A DNA stretch of 64,000 bases from Amphiscolops sp. MND2022 (Eukaryota), in NCBI GenBank assembly GCA_964187785.1, contig OZ076409.1, forward strand, positions 28,398,001-28,462,000, written 5' to 3'. Below, piece by piece: positions 51,599 through 63,310 of the stretch. Each line of letters starts with the position of its first letter. The first letter of the stretch is position 1. Below the pieces are notes generated by a model that made no database searches, was not told the DNA's origin, and saw only the letters and a program-made list of their open reading frames with translations. A program made the translations under genes and the position numbers.

Positions 51599-53154
51599 TG
51601 TCGCGACTTTGTTCGCTTGTATAAGAGTCTACTGAACTCTCTCTTGACATCTGTTTACTATTTCACTGTGTAAAACAATTTTGGGTCAATTTTCCCACGT
51701 TTTCTTGGCATTTTCTGCTTCGGGGTTCCGTTGTAGCCCACTGTACCTTCTGTCCTCCACGGTGAAATTGGTCGTCCTTGGGCCTACATGTATCCCGTTG
51801 GACCCTCGGACCGCCATGGTAAAATTAGCTCTCCCCTGCATATCTAACGTGTTTTGAATAGAAGGAAGTACTGTTTCAGCTATTGCAGTTGTAGTTGCAC
51901 TTTGTATCTGAAAATTTAAGCTAGTTTTGATTTCATTAGGTCTCCTTGACAATGGGTTAGAAATTTCCTCGTTGATTATTCTAGTTGTTTCAAGAGTTAT
52001 TTCACTGTTTTCTCTACAATTGTTGAGTAGTGACCTAAAGTCTTCACCTGTTACATTTGAATTTTGTTGAGGCCTGCTTGACTGTGAGTCCGAATTTAGT
52101 TAGTTTTCACTTAGATAATTTCCCTCATTATTTCTTGAATACCTTCCTAACATTACATCAACATTTTCTACATCAGAACTCATGTCTAAATTGTCTTGGA
52201 CACCTTTCCTTAGCCTTTTGCTTTCTAGTAGAAGGCCTTGGAGAAATGATATCATGTCAAATATTGAATTCAAAAACGATAAGTACAAGTCAATGAGAAG
52301 GTTAAGTTAATCACAGTCTCGGATTCAACAGATTGATATTAGCAATTTGTTTGTAGGCAAATTCTTTTCAAAAGGATCCCCAGAGACCTCCAAGCCTCCT
52401 ATTTATAGTTGGGAGGAGATGAGAACGCCGAAATTGCGTGTCATGTTACTAAATACAAATATACCTGTGACTAAAAATAGCATCCCGTAGGGTTACATCA
52501 CCCTGACGTCATCACATCGAATAAAGGGGACTTTACGGTTAAGCCGACAAGGTGGGAAAACAGTTACAACACTTTATATGTATACCCAACACTAATCTAC
52601 AACACTACATGTGCACTAAAGATGAAATTTCATGCTAGCACAGTAAATAACCGTAGCGGACTTTAAGTTCGTGAAGCTACAATCATATATACTACCGGCG
52701 GCAGTCGCGTACTAATTCCACCGTGGCAGACATTCCGTCCACGGAGCTACATACATATACTGCGTTTTGATTGGTCAATAAAATTAGGACAGCGAGTACA
52801 ATTAGCTAGAAGATGCGTTCATTTGAAAACGTTTCCTCTTCCGCATCTAATTGCATTTAACTAATCATTCAATTTTACATTCGAATTATCGAATCACATC
52901 AAATTCCTAGCAAAGAAACAGGAACCTGACTATTTTCTAATCAGTTAAAAACAGCCCGATAATCTAAAATTAAAATTTGTATCGTGGCCGTATGGACCAT
53001 AGGTCTTTTACGGTGAAAATATAAAACAAGAACAATAACGATAAATTTACGTGTGGCACAATGTACTATTAGTCTTTCGTCGTCAAAATGGGTAGGACTC
53101 CGGGTGAGGGTTAGTAATATATCCTTCTAGCTGAGATTTGGTCAGCCTGCAACA
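51599..53154 (-). repeat. 3' LTR of copy 3 (1556 bp)
   Basis: Minus strand GGAG|TGTTGCAGGCTG...GTCGCGACA. TATAAATA at ~52400-52407. Decayed leader (M)PSTRKQKAKER...SSDVENVDVMLG from 52238. Confidence 0.85.
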
Positions 53155-53868
53155 CTCCACTAGGGATGAAAAGTACTGTCCCCTGATCCATTCCGGCAAG
53201 AGAAGAAATTCGTCGTCTTTGTCGTTCGTCATATCTTTCTTCTTGACAGGTTGTTGATTCCACATATCCCAACATAGCAGTCTCTTTTATCTGTTCATAG
53301 GTCCCACAGCACACAATACAGTCTCCATATTGCGCTTGATTAGGCTGTCCACATTGTGACGATACTCTCACACTAATTCCTTGTATATGCGCATTGCGTT
53401 GGAGATGTTGATGTAGTCGGTCTGGTGTAGTGTATTCAAAGGCACTGTAAGTCGGCCCCCGTTCGCTAGGAGGAGGAGATAACGACGTATCAACTTCCCA
53501 CAGTATTTAATTGGAGGACTGTTGCTTTGAGTCGCTGTACTCGGACCAGCTAACATGTCACGTGGGTTCGACTGATTGTCCACTAGCTGCATCATGCTGT
53601 CAAAGTCATTCCATGGAAAATTGGGGTACTCATCGTTGACACACTGTGATGTGTCTACCGTCATTGCTCGTCCTGCCACTAGGCCTTGGGGTTGTATGGG
53701 CACATGTCGATAGCATGCAGTTAACTATATATTGCTGTCATCTGAGGCGCTACTCAAAACTTCCACCGATTGTACGTCTACGTCCATCTCTTCATCAGAA
53801 GAGTAATAGCTGGGGCTCACCGCAGGATCAGAGAGATCGTCCAAATGGAAATGCAGATTTATTTCCAT
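53083..53868 (-). pseudogene. ORF-X of copy 3 (first duplicate)
   Basis: MEINLHF...YSSDEEMDVDVQSVEVLSSASDD...GDCIVCCGTYEQIKETAMLGY...RRR...GMDQGTVLFIPSGVLQA. Frameshifted. Confidence 0.75.
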
Positions 53869-56491
53869 TTTGAATCGATTTAAGAAGAGTTTTCTAGCAA
53901 TCTTCAAGAATCGATTGAGCAACTGGATTTCGCAGTTAGGTTTAGTAGAATACTCCCATCTCGCCCACCGGACCTTGGGTCTTTCCTCGTTTCGCGGGAA
54001 ATTTTAGGCGGGGAAACATTGTCAGCAGTTTACCAGTAATTTTCCGTAAAATTTCCATTTAGGTAATATGAGCCACTTCACACATATGTTGATGAGTCTT
54101 AACCTAAGTTAACAGACCGTCAAGTGCCTTTTGATCTATCTATTTATCAATCAAAGAGGTGTTAATCACCTCTGTATGTGCTTATCAGCACTAACTATCG
54201 GTAAATAAAAACACTATCAAAGACCTTCGGTCCGCATGGCTACATCAACTGAATTGACCAATGAGGTTCCTTTGATGAATGAAAGATGGAAGTCTGATGA
54301 AAATGAATGAAAATGACAATTTCATCTAAATTAATTCTAATCTACGAAGCAAACTAATCTGTAAAATGAAGTAAAAGCATGAATTTCACTGGTAGTTTCC
54401 ATCCATGGTAAAGGGGATTATGATTAAGTAATGATACACAGGGTACAAGAAATAAGTAGTAAATAATTATATATGAAAGACCTAATTATAAGGCCACGAC
54501 GTCCATTTATAATTTGAATAATTAACCGTTTTCAGGACTTTTTTCTAGAGTGATCCATCTTTTAAAGTCTGGCAAACTCGGAAAGTGAAAGTAATAATAG
54601 TACAATTCAAATGTATGTCACTGTCTCTGTATCACAGGATTCTACAATTTCAATTCTTTATATTTTGAGTTGCATATTATTTCCCATTGAGACTCATTAT
54701 TTTGGACGATAATTTCAGACTTCAAGCCACGACGGCCACAGAAGTGTCTAAGTAGTCAGATGATAATTCTGAAAAGGAGCTTGTCATACCCAGCAGTCTA
54801 TCACCCAGATTCGCATCCCCAGTCATTAGGTTTGGACAGAAGAATTCTGCTTTTCCGTCATGGAAATAGCATCAAGTTGGTTCTTTGAATGAGGCTCGAC
54901 TAAACTTGATCAAGGTTTTGGCCTGACTATTTTACTTCCGCCATCGTGAAATGTTTTCACATTGTGTTAAATAAACTGAACTTAACTTCCTGAAGATTTT
55001 AAAAGCGGTAAGAATGACTCTTGCAGGAAGTGAACCGCGCGAAACTATTCCTTTCAATTTAGGAAAAAAGGTCAAACGGCCAACCAGACCAATCATTAAC
55101 TGGTGATAGCACTACTAGTGACGACCTCGAAGTTACTAATCCTAAAATGGCCGAAAAACTGTCAGCCTGAATTGTTTCTGGTGATACAAGTGGAGCTCTC
55201 CGAAGTGCTGACCACTTCTCAAGCATCGGATACTCCTACGGAAACATGAGCATGATAGAATTACCGATTTTCCGCATGCTGCTGCCGAGACTAGTTGAAG
55301 TCGTGACGACCAGAAGTCCGACCCCGTTGTTTTCGATGCTGGTAGTCCAGGTGGTCAGACCTTAGCTGCCCTCAAGGCCGAAGCTATAAAAGACCAGAAC
55401 AAACGCTCTCGTAATAAGCGTGGGTGTTTCATCCAGCCAACTACAGCTCAAGGGACGAGAAGGAAGGTGACCGGTTCATGCAAGATCATGAAGGAGGCAT
55501 ACTTTAAAGGTATGGAGTGGACCCGAACCTTTGTATCTGGACCTGTCGACCCTCGTTAGAACCAGTACAAATTTTATTGTCAGAATTGTAAGGCCAACAT
55601 TTCAATATACGGGAAGGGAGCTAGAGAGATTCTGCGTCACCACTCCACCGAAAAGCACCTCCGAAAGGACCAAAGGTGGAGCTATGGGTACCTGTACAAG
55701 GTTAACCCCATCACGAAAACCAAGATCCATCAAGTCAGGGGAAACGATGGCAAGATATTGACTCCCTATCAGTAAGAGTTGGAACTTCCAAACTTTATAC
55801 ATGCCTCCTATTTATAGTTGGGAGGAGATGAGAACGCCGAAATTGCGTGTCATGTTACTAAATATAAATATACCTGTGACTAAAAATAGCATCCGGTAGG
55901 GTTACATCACCCTGACGTCATCACATCGAATAAAGGGGACTTTACGGTTAAGCCGACAAGGTGGGAAAACAGTTACAACACTTTATATGTATACCCAACA
56001 CTAATCTACAACACTACATGTGCACTAAAGATGAAATTTCATGCTAGCACAGTAAATAACCGTAGCGGACTTTAAGTTCGTGAAACTACAATCATATATA
56101 CTACCGGCGGCAGCCGCGTACTAATTCCACCGTGGCAGACATTCCGTCCACGGAGCTACATACATATACTGCGTTTTGATTGGTCAATAATATTAGGACA
56201 GCGAGTACAATTAGCTAGAAGATGCGTTCAATTGAAAACGTTTCCTCTTCCGCATCTAATTGCATTTAACTAATCATTCAATTTTACATTCGAATTATCG
56301 AATCACATCAAATTCCTAGCAGAGAAACAGGAACCTGACTATTTTCTAATCAGTTAAAAACAGCCCGATAATCTAAAATTAAAATTTGTATCGTGGCCGT
56401 ATGGACCATACGTCTTTTACGGTGAAAAAATAAAATAAGAACAATAACGATAAATTTACCTGTGGCACAATGTACTATTAGTCTTTCGTCG

Positions 56492-57277
56492 TCAAAATGG
56501 GTAGGACTCCGGGTGAGGGTTAGTAATATATCCTTCTAGCTGAGATTTGGTCAGCCTGCAACACTCCACTAGGGATGAAAAGTACTGTCCCCTGATGCAT
56601 TCCGGCAAGAGAAGAAATTCGTCGTCTTTGTCGTTCGTCATATCTTTCTTCTTGACAGGTTGTTGATTCCACATATCCCAACATAGCAGTCTCTTTTATC
56701 TGTTCATAGGTCCCACAGCACACAATACAGTCTCCATATTGCGCTTGATTAGGCTGTCCACATTGTGACGATACTCTCACACTAATTCCTTGTATATGCG
56801 CATTGCGTTGGAGATGTTGATGTAGTCGGTCTGGTGTAGTGTATTCAAAGGCACTGTAAGTCGGCCCCCGTTCGCTAGGAGGAGGAGATAACGACGTATC
56901 AACTTCCCACAGTATTTAATTGGAGGACTGTTGCTTTGAGTCGCTGTACTCGGACCAGCTAACATGTCACGTGGGTTCGACTGATTGTCCACTAGCTGCA
57001 TCATGCTGTCAAAGTCATTCCATGGAAAATTGGGGTACTCATCGTTGACACACTGTGATGTGTCTACCGTCATTGCTCGTCCTGCCACTAGGCCTTGGGG
57101 TTGTATGGGCACATGTCGATAGCATGCAGTTAACTATATATTGCTGTCATCTGAGGCGCTACTCAAAACTTCCACCGATTGTACGTCTACGTCCATCTCT
57201 TCATCAGAAGAGTAATAGCTGGGGCTCACCGCAGGATCAGAGAGATCGTCCAAATGGAAATGCAGATTTATTTCCAT
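56492..57277 (-). pseudogene. ORF-X of copy 3 (second duplicate)
   Basis: Duplicate of 53083-53868. Confidence 0.75.
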
Positions 57278-58199
57278 TTTGAATCGATTTAAGAAGAGTT
57301 TTCTAGCAATCTTCAAGAATCGATTGAGCAACTGGATTTCGCAGTTAGGTTTAGTAGAATAGTCCCATCTCGCCCACCGGACCTTGGGTCTTTCCTCGTT
57401 TCGCGGGAAATTTTAGGCGGGGAAACATTGTCAGCAGTTTACCAGTAATTTTCCGTAAAATTTCCATTTAGGTAATATCAGCCACTTCACACATTTGTTG
57501 ATGAGTCTTAACCTGAGTTAACAGACCGTCAAGTGCCTTTTGATCTATCTATTTATCAACCAAAGAGGTGTTAATCACCTCTGTGTGTGTTATCAGCACT
57601 AACTATCGGTAAATAAAAACACTATCAAAGACCTTCGGTCCGCATGGCTACATCAACTGAATTGACCAATGAGGTTCCTTTGATGAATGAAAGATGGAAG
57701 TCTGATGGAAATGAATGAAAATGACGATTTCATCTAAATTAATTCTAATCTACGAAGCAAACTAATCTGTAAAATGAAGTAAAAGCATGACTTTCACTGG
57801 TAGTTTCCATCCATGGTAAAGGGGATTATGATTAAGTAATGATACACAGGGTACACGAAATAAGTAGTAAATAATTATATATGAAGACCCTAATTATAAG
57901 GCCACGACGTCCATTTATAATTTGAATAATTAACCGTTTTCAGGACTTTTTTCTAGAGTGATCCATCTTTTAAAGTCTGGCAAACTCGGAAAGTGAAAGT
58001 AATAATAGTACAATTTAAATGTATGTCACTGTGTCTGTATCACAGGATTCTACAATTTCAATTCTTTATATTTTGAGTTGCATATTATTTCCCATTGAGA
58101 CTCATTATCTTGGACGATAATTTCAGACTTCAAGCCACAACGGCCACAGAAGTGTCTAAGTAGTCAGATGATAATTCTGAAAAGGAGCTTGTCATACCC

Positions 58200-61000
58200 A
58201 GCAGTCTATCACCCAGATTCGCAACCCCAGTCATTAAGTTTGGACAGAAGAATTCTGCTTTTCCGTCATGGAAATAGCATCAAGTTGGTTCTTTGAATGA
58301 GGCTCGACTAAACTTGATCAAGGTTTAGGCCTGACTATTTTACTTCCGCCATCGTGAAATGTTTTCACATTGTGTTAAATAAACTGAACTTAACTTCCTG
58401 AAGATTTTAAAAGCGGTAAGAATGAGTCTTGCAGGAAGTGAACTGCGCGAAACTATTCCTTTCAATTTAGGAAAAAGGTCAAACGGCCAACCAGACCAAT
58501 CGTTAACTGGTGATAGCACTACTAGTGACGACCTTGAAGTTACTAATTCTAAAATGGCCGAAAAACTGTCAGCCTGAATTGTTTCTGGTGATACAAGTGG
58601 AGCTCTCCGAAGTGCTGACCACTTCTCTAGCATCGGATACTCCTACGGAAACATGAGCATGATAGAATTACCGATCTTCTGCATGCTGCTGCCGAGACTA
58701 GTTGAAGTCGTGACGACCAGAAGTCCGACCCCGTTGTTTTCGATGCTGGTAGTCCAGGTGGTCAGACCTTAGCTCCCTCAAGGCCGAAGCTATAAAAGAC
58801 CAGAACAAACGCTCTCGTAATAAGCGTGGCTGTTTCATCCAGCCAACTACAGCTCAAGGGACGAGAAGGAAGGTGACCGGTTCGTGCAAGATCATGAAGG
58901 AGGCATACTTTAAAGGTATGGAGTGGACCCGAACCTTTGTATCTGGACCTGTCGACCCTCGTTAGAACCAGTACAAATTTTATTGTCAGAATTGTAAGGC
59001 CAAAATTTCAATATACGGGAAGGGAGCTAGAGAGATTCTGCGTCACCACTCCACCGAAAAGCACCTCCGAAAGGACCAAAGGTGGAGCTATGAGTACCTG
59101 TACAAGGTTAACCCCATCACGAAAACCAAGATCCATCAAGTCAGGGGAAACGATGGCAAGATATTGACTCCCTATCAGCTAGAGTTGGAACTTCCAAACT
59201 TTATACATGTCGAGTTAGTCGAGATTGGACAAAAGCTTCCTTACTACGACGAGTATATGTTTGTATGGACTACATGGCGTCTTCTTCAGAAAACAGAGCT
59301 CGTGTTCAAATGTCAGTCCTCGGCCAGTTCCTACCGTTTTTTAGTGATTTTGAAGTGCTGAAAACTTTCTGGAACGACGTAGGAGTCATTGTTAACCATC
59401 AGGCTCTCTTCACGGACTTCAACTGGAGGAGAGAACGATTGACTGTAAGTATTTCCTCAAAACTATTCCGAATTATACAGCTCATAGGGATTCGGTAACA
59501 ACATTCGAAAGGTTGCAGAGTAACTTCTTTTTCTTAGGTGTTGTTCCATCACATATTCCTGGAGCTCATTAATGATTTCGTTGCATACTCTACATTGCCA
59601 ATGGAGAGTATGCAATCGAGTTTGCAAGTGACGGTGCCTTCTTGCGTGCATTTGTACGAATTTGGCGTGAAGACGAACCTTGTCGGGTATTTTGAAGCGG
59701 ACTGGGAGGCTGCAGGGCCAGACTGATGCCGAAATTTGTTTGATTTTTTACAGCAAGGGCGCAATTTCTACCAAACCCTAATTAATCAGTTGCACGGGCG
59801 GTAGTGTGCGGACCATTCAGTTGATGGACCTGAGCCCATACAGTTCCTTCAGTGTGCAGATTCCTCCCTGAATTTAAGAGTTGTCTCTGCCACAGTTGAT
59901 GCACCGAAAGAGCCAGAGCGTCTTTGGACGGGTGGACTTCTTTTCCACTCTACGTTACCTAGTCGTTTCTCTGGGAGGCACTCTGGAACTAGGCTGAGTC
60001 CTGCTTTCTCCGGAATTGTCTAAGGTACGTTGCGTCTGGTGTTTATCATCTTCCTTCCTCTAAGTTACATGATTCCAATGGCATTTAACCCTCTTGGCTT
60101 AATAATGAGCGGTGACTCCTAGCACGTCCAATTTCAAATTCCAGGCCATCCGAACATACCAATTGGACATCTGTGGACTGCCCTTTTTATGTCTTGAACT
60201 TCTTGACAATTGGCCCAAAGTACACTCCTACCTTAGCAAGAAGAGATGCAAGGAGTTCGTAAGCAGGTAACCTTCTTGTTTTTCTTGTAGCTCCAGGTAC
60301 CTCAAGTCCATATAGGCAAAAATTTCCAATTGTTCTAGCCACAAAACCTGGAGTGGTATGAAGTTTACGACAGTCTCTTCCCCCGTCGACTCGAACTGTT
60401 TTATCGCCTCGTACAGGATTGTAAGTGGAGTTCTTATTGCATCGGCTGTTATTATGTTGTTCAGAATTCACTCTAGCTTCCTTTTTTAGACACTAACAGT
60501 TTTACTCTAAATCTGAAGTCGCAACGACACAGAGGCTTTCATGTCTACAAAGAGTTGTGTCAGTTCTTATTCAAACTTGGTCGAAGGTGTATTCGTCCCA
60601 GTAGTATTCCGGCTGACAATGACAACCAGGGGATATTCCAATTCTCCTTCCCTGACGCCAAAGCCTTGGTTGTTGACGACTTTATCACCCGCTCCAAACT
60701 TGCAGCTCGACTTGATGTCGGATGCAAGCAGGAAGCCGAAAAGGAACGTGATGAAGGGGAGAAGTGGGTATGCGGCCTATCTCCTGGGAGCAACCCAAAA
60801 GCTCAACCGGTTCACACCGATATCGTGAGAGGACTCGGGTCATTTGATTTAGAGATACTTCTGGTGGACCCTATGGAACAAGCCTCTTACTGTTTTAAAT
60901 AGCTTTTGTCCAGTTTTAGGACTCCGTGGGGGGTTAGTAATATCTCCTTCTAGTGACAATTGGTGAAAATTGTCGTCGCAGGCGGTAGCCTGCGACCTCC
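58200..61000 (+). pseudogene. Antisense cargo gene of copy 3 with BED-type zinc finger and two GT-AG introns (5' part duplicated at ~54800-55802)
   Basis: FYCQNCKAKISIYGKGAREILRHHSTEKH at 58978-59064. Introns 59445-59537 and 60025-60144. DIVRGLGSFDLEILLVDPMEQASYCF at ~60820-60898. Boundaries approximate. Confidence 0.78.
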
Positions 61001-62405
61001 CATAATGGCAATAACATCAGATTGGGTTTTCTAATTGTTAATGTCAAGCTTGATCAGGACTCCATTTTGACCAGTTAACTTCCTCCATCGTGAAACAAAA
61101 ACACGTCGTGTGAATATTCTGATTTTACACCTGCTTCCGGTGTCTTAAGCAGTACGACGGTTAGTTTTGCAGGAACTGAACCGCGCTTGTTCATATTTTT
61201 CTGTTCAGATAACGAACAAGATGACCAACCATCTCAAGTAACAGAAGAGGCGATGGAAGAAGTACCAATTACCATCGTCACTCCTACTTCTGGAGAACAC
61301 CTAGCAGGACTCTCGGTCGAGTTAGCCGCATCACAGGAGGTGAACACTGCCAAAGGGAGCGCTCACATTTTCAGCAGCAGTGGGTCGGAAGAAAGCTTCA
61401 CTGCTTACTTCACAAGGAAAATAGAATTTTTGGGTAGCAATCAAGAAATTTCGTCTTCGGAAGGCCCGGTCTTCTTTCCCAGAGCAGTTCGGAAGTGCCA
61501 GTTCTAGTGAAGGCATTAACATATTCACTTCTGTTAATGCCGACAGTTTTACTGTCACCACTTTAAGGGCCAGTTCCTACAATTGTTTTCCTAGATTCTC
61601 CGGTACTACCTTTGCAATCCACTCTTAGAGACCGTAAGAAGATGGCGCGAGTAAGAACTGAACTTCCTTAGACCGATGCTGTTCTTCAGCTTCGCGTTGC
61701 AAGTGGCTTCTCTCCCTATTGGGCTCTTCCGATAAATGATAGCCATTTTTCATCGACCGACAAGTCAACGTTACACCTATTCCTTGTTGAAGAAGCGAGG
61801 CTCCCCAAAGTCTACTTCAGCCGAAGCCTTGATTTCCCCAGTTAGGTTAGGTATAGCATGATGTATACTGACGACGAGTCTATCGACGTCACCCTAGAGG
61901 ACCTGCCCAATCAAGATGCTGGCCCTACACCCCTTTCTATTAGCAGTAGAGAGATCATCAGTCGTTTTTCAAAGAGATTACTCACATCAATCACCCTGAA
62001 GGGCATGCAATTTTTGCCTTTACGCAGGCACAGATTGGACAAATCCTGAGAATGGTCGCAGATGAATGTAGAGCCAGCCAACTTAACGTAGATAGTTCTG
62101 AAGCTCCGGGACATTCCGACAGATCTAGCAATGCGCTCATTCTTTCAACACCGCCTGACACTGTAACTGAGGTTGGTTCTGAGAGATCAGCTTTTACTAG
62201 GTGTATCGAGACTAGTCGTGGACTCAGAAGCGATGATGATTTACCGGCTTTCTCAGACCTTGGACGGGGCCGAGTCATAGCAATTACTGTGAGTGAATTT
62301 CTCGCCATATCGAAACTCAGCAGCAAATTGGAGGTTGCCTGCAAACTCAGAGTCGAAAGGGACCGACGAGAGAAGAAAATTGATCAAATTTGATCAGAAA
62401 ATTGA

Positions 62406-63310
62406 CCCGGGTTTCCCGACCAGGCCGATCATAATCTGACCATATTATGGCACCATAGAAATCATACAAATTTCCTTACTATGATCTTGCTATGATCGGC
62501 CTGGAATCATATATGGTCCAGAGTATGATCGGCCTGGAATCATATATGATCCAGAGTATGATCGGCCTGAAATCATATATGGTTCAGAGTAGGGTCAGCC
62601 TGGAATCATAATTTTTTTAAATATATATTTTTTTAATTTTCAAACAAAAATTTTCAAATATTGAGAACAGCCAGCTTTATAGGCTGAGGGCAATGGAGCC
62701 ACATTCGACCTTTGGTATCTGCGAACGATACATTGCAGGTCAGAACTCCGTTAAGCTCTAAGCGGAGTTAAAAACAAACTATAGTAACTCAATTTGTTCT
62801 CAGCCACTCATTTGTTAATAACTAACTCTTTTGTTATAGCAGTACCCACTTTGCAGTATGATTTTCGATTATTTCGAGAAAAATTACCAATAATTCAGCA
62901 AAAGATGCCCAAAATTGATGATTGCTGCCTTGTTTTCAATTTGGTGATTTTATTGGACATTTGGTTGAGGAATATCTTGTAATTTCATCAGTGTATGCGT
63001 TAATTGACTACATTATCCTAATTTGCTTTTTATGGCTCCAGGCTGACCATACTCTGGGCCATAAAGGTTTATGATTCCAGGCTGATCATAGACTGAACCA
63101 TATATGGCCCAGAATATGGTCAGGCTGGAACCATAAACTTTGCTTTTTTATGGTTCCAGGCTGATCATAGACTGGACCACATATGTCCAGAGTATGGTCA
63201 GCCTGGAACCATAAACCATTATGGTCCAGAGTATGATCAGCCTGGAATCATACTGTGAGTATGATGGCAGAGTATGATTGACCCGTTTTTGTATGGGAGG
63301 GAAACCCGGG
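62406..63310. mobile_element. CMC/EnSpm-type MITE
   Basis: TIRs CCCGGGTTTCCC...GGGAAACCCGGG. Perfect 2-bp TSD GA. 33-bp subterminal repeats (ATGATCGGCCTGGAATCATATATGGTCCAGAGT) in both orientations. Confidence 0.92.

Larger units (their letters stand above)
52394..59208. repeat. Tandem duplication, ~3.41-kb unit (52394-55802 and 55803-59208)
   Basis: Highly similar copies with scattered substitutions and small indels. Junction ...TTTATACAT|GCCTCCTATTTATAG. Confidence 0.95.

Noticed and set aside
62665..62772. HDV-like or hammerhead ribozyme
   Set aside because: Could not build the P1/P2/P3 pseudoknot or a CUGANGA/GAAA core by eye; kept only as a generic structured segment.
62490..63260. CRISPR-like array
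   Set aside because: The units are contiguous or inverted subterminal repeats of a MITE without unique spacers; eukaryotic context, no cas genes.
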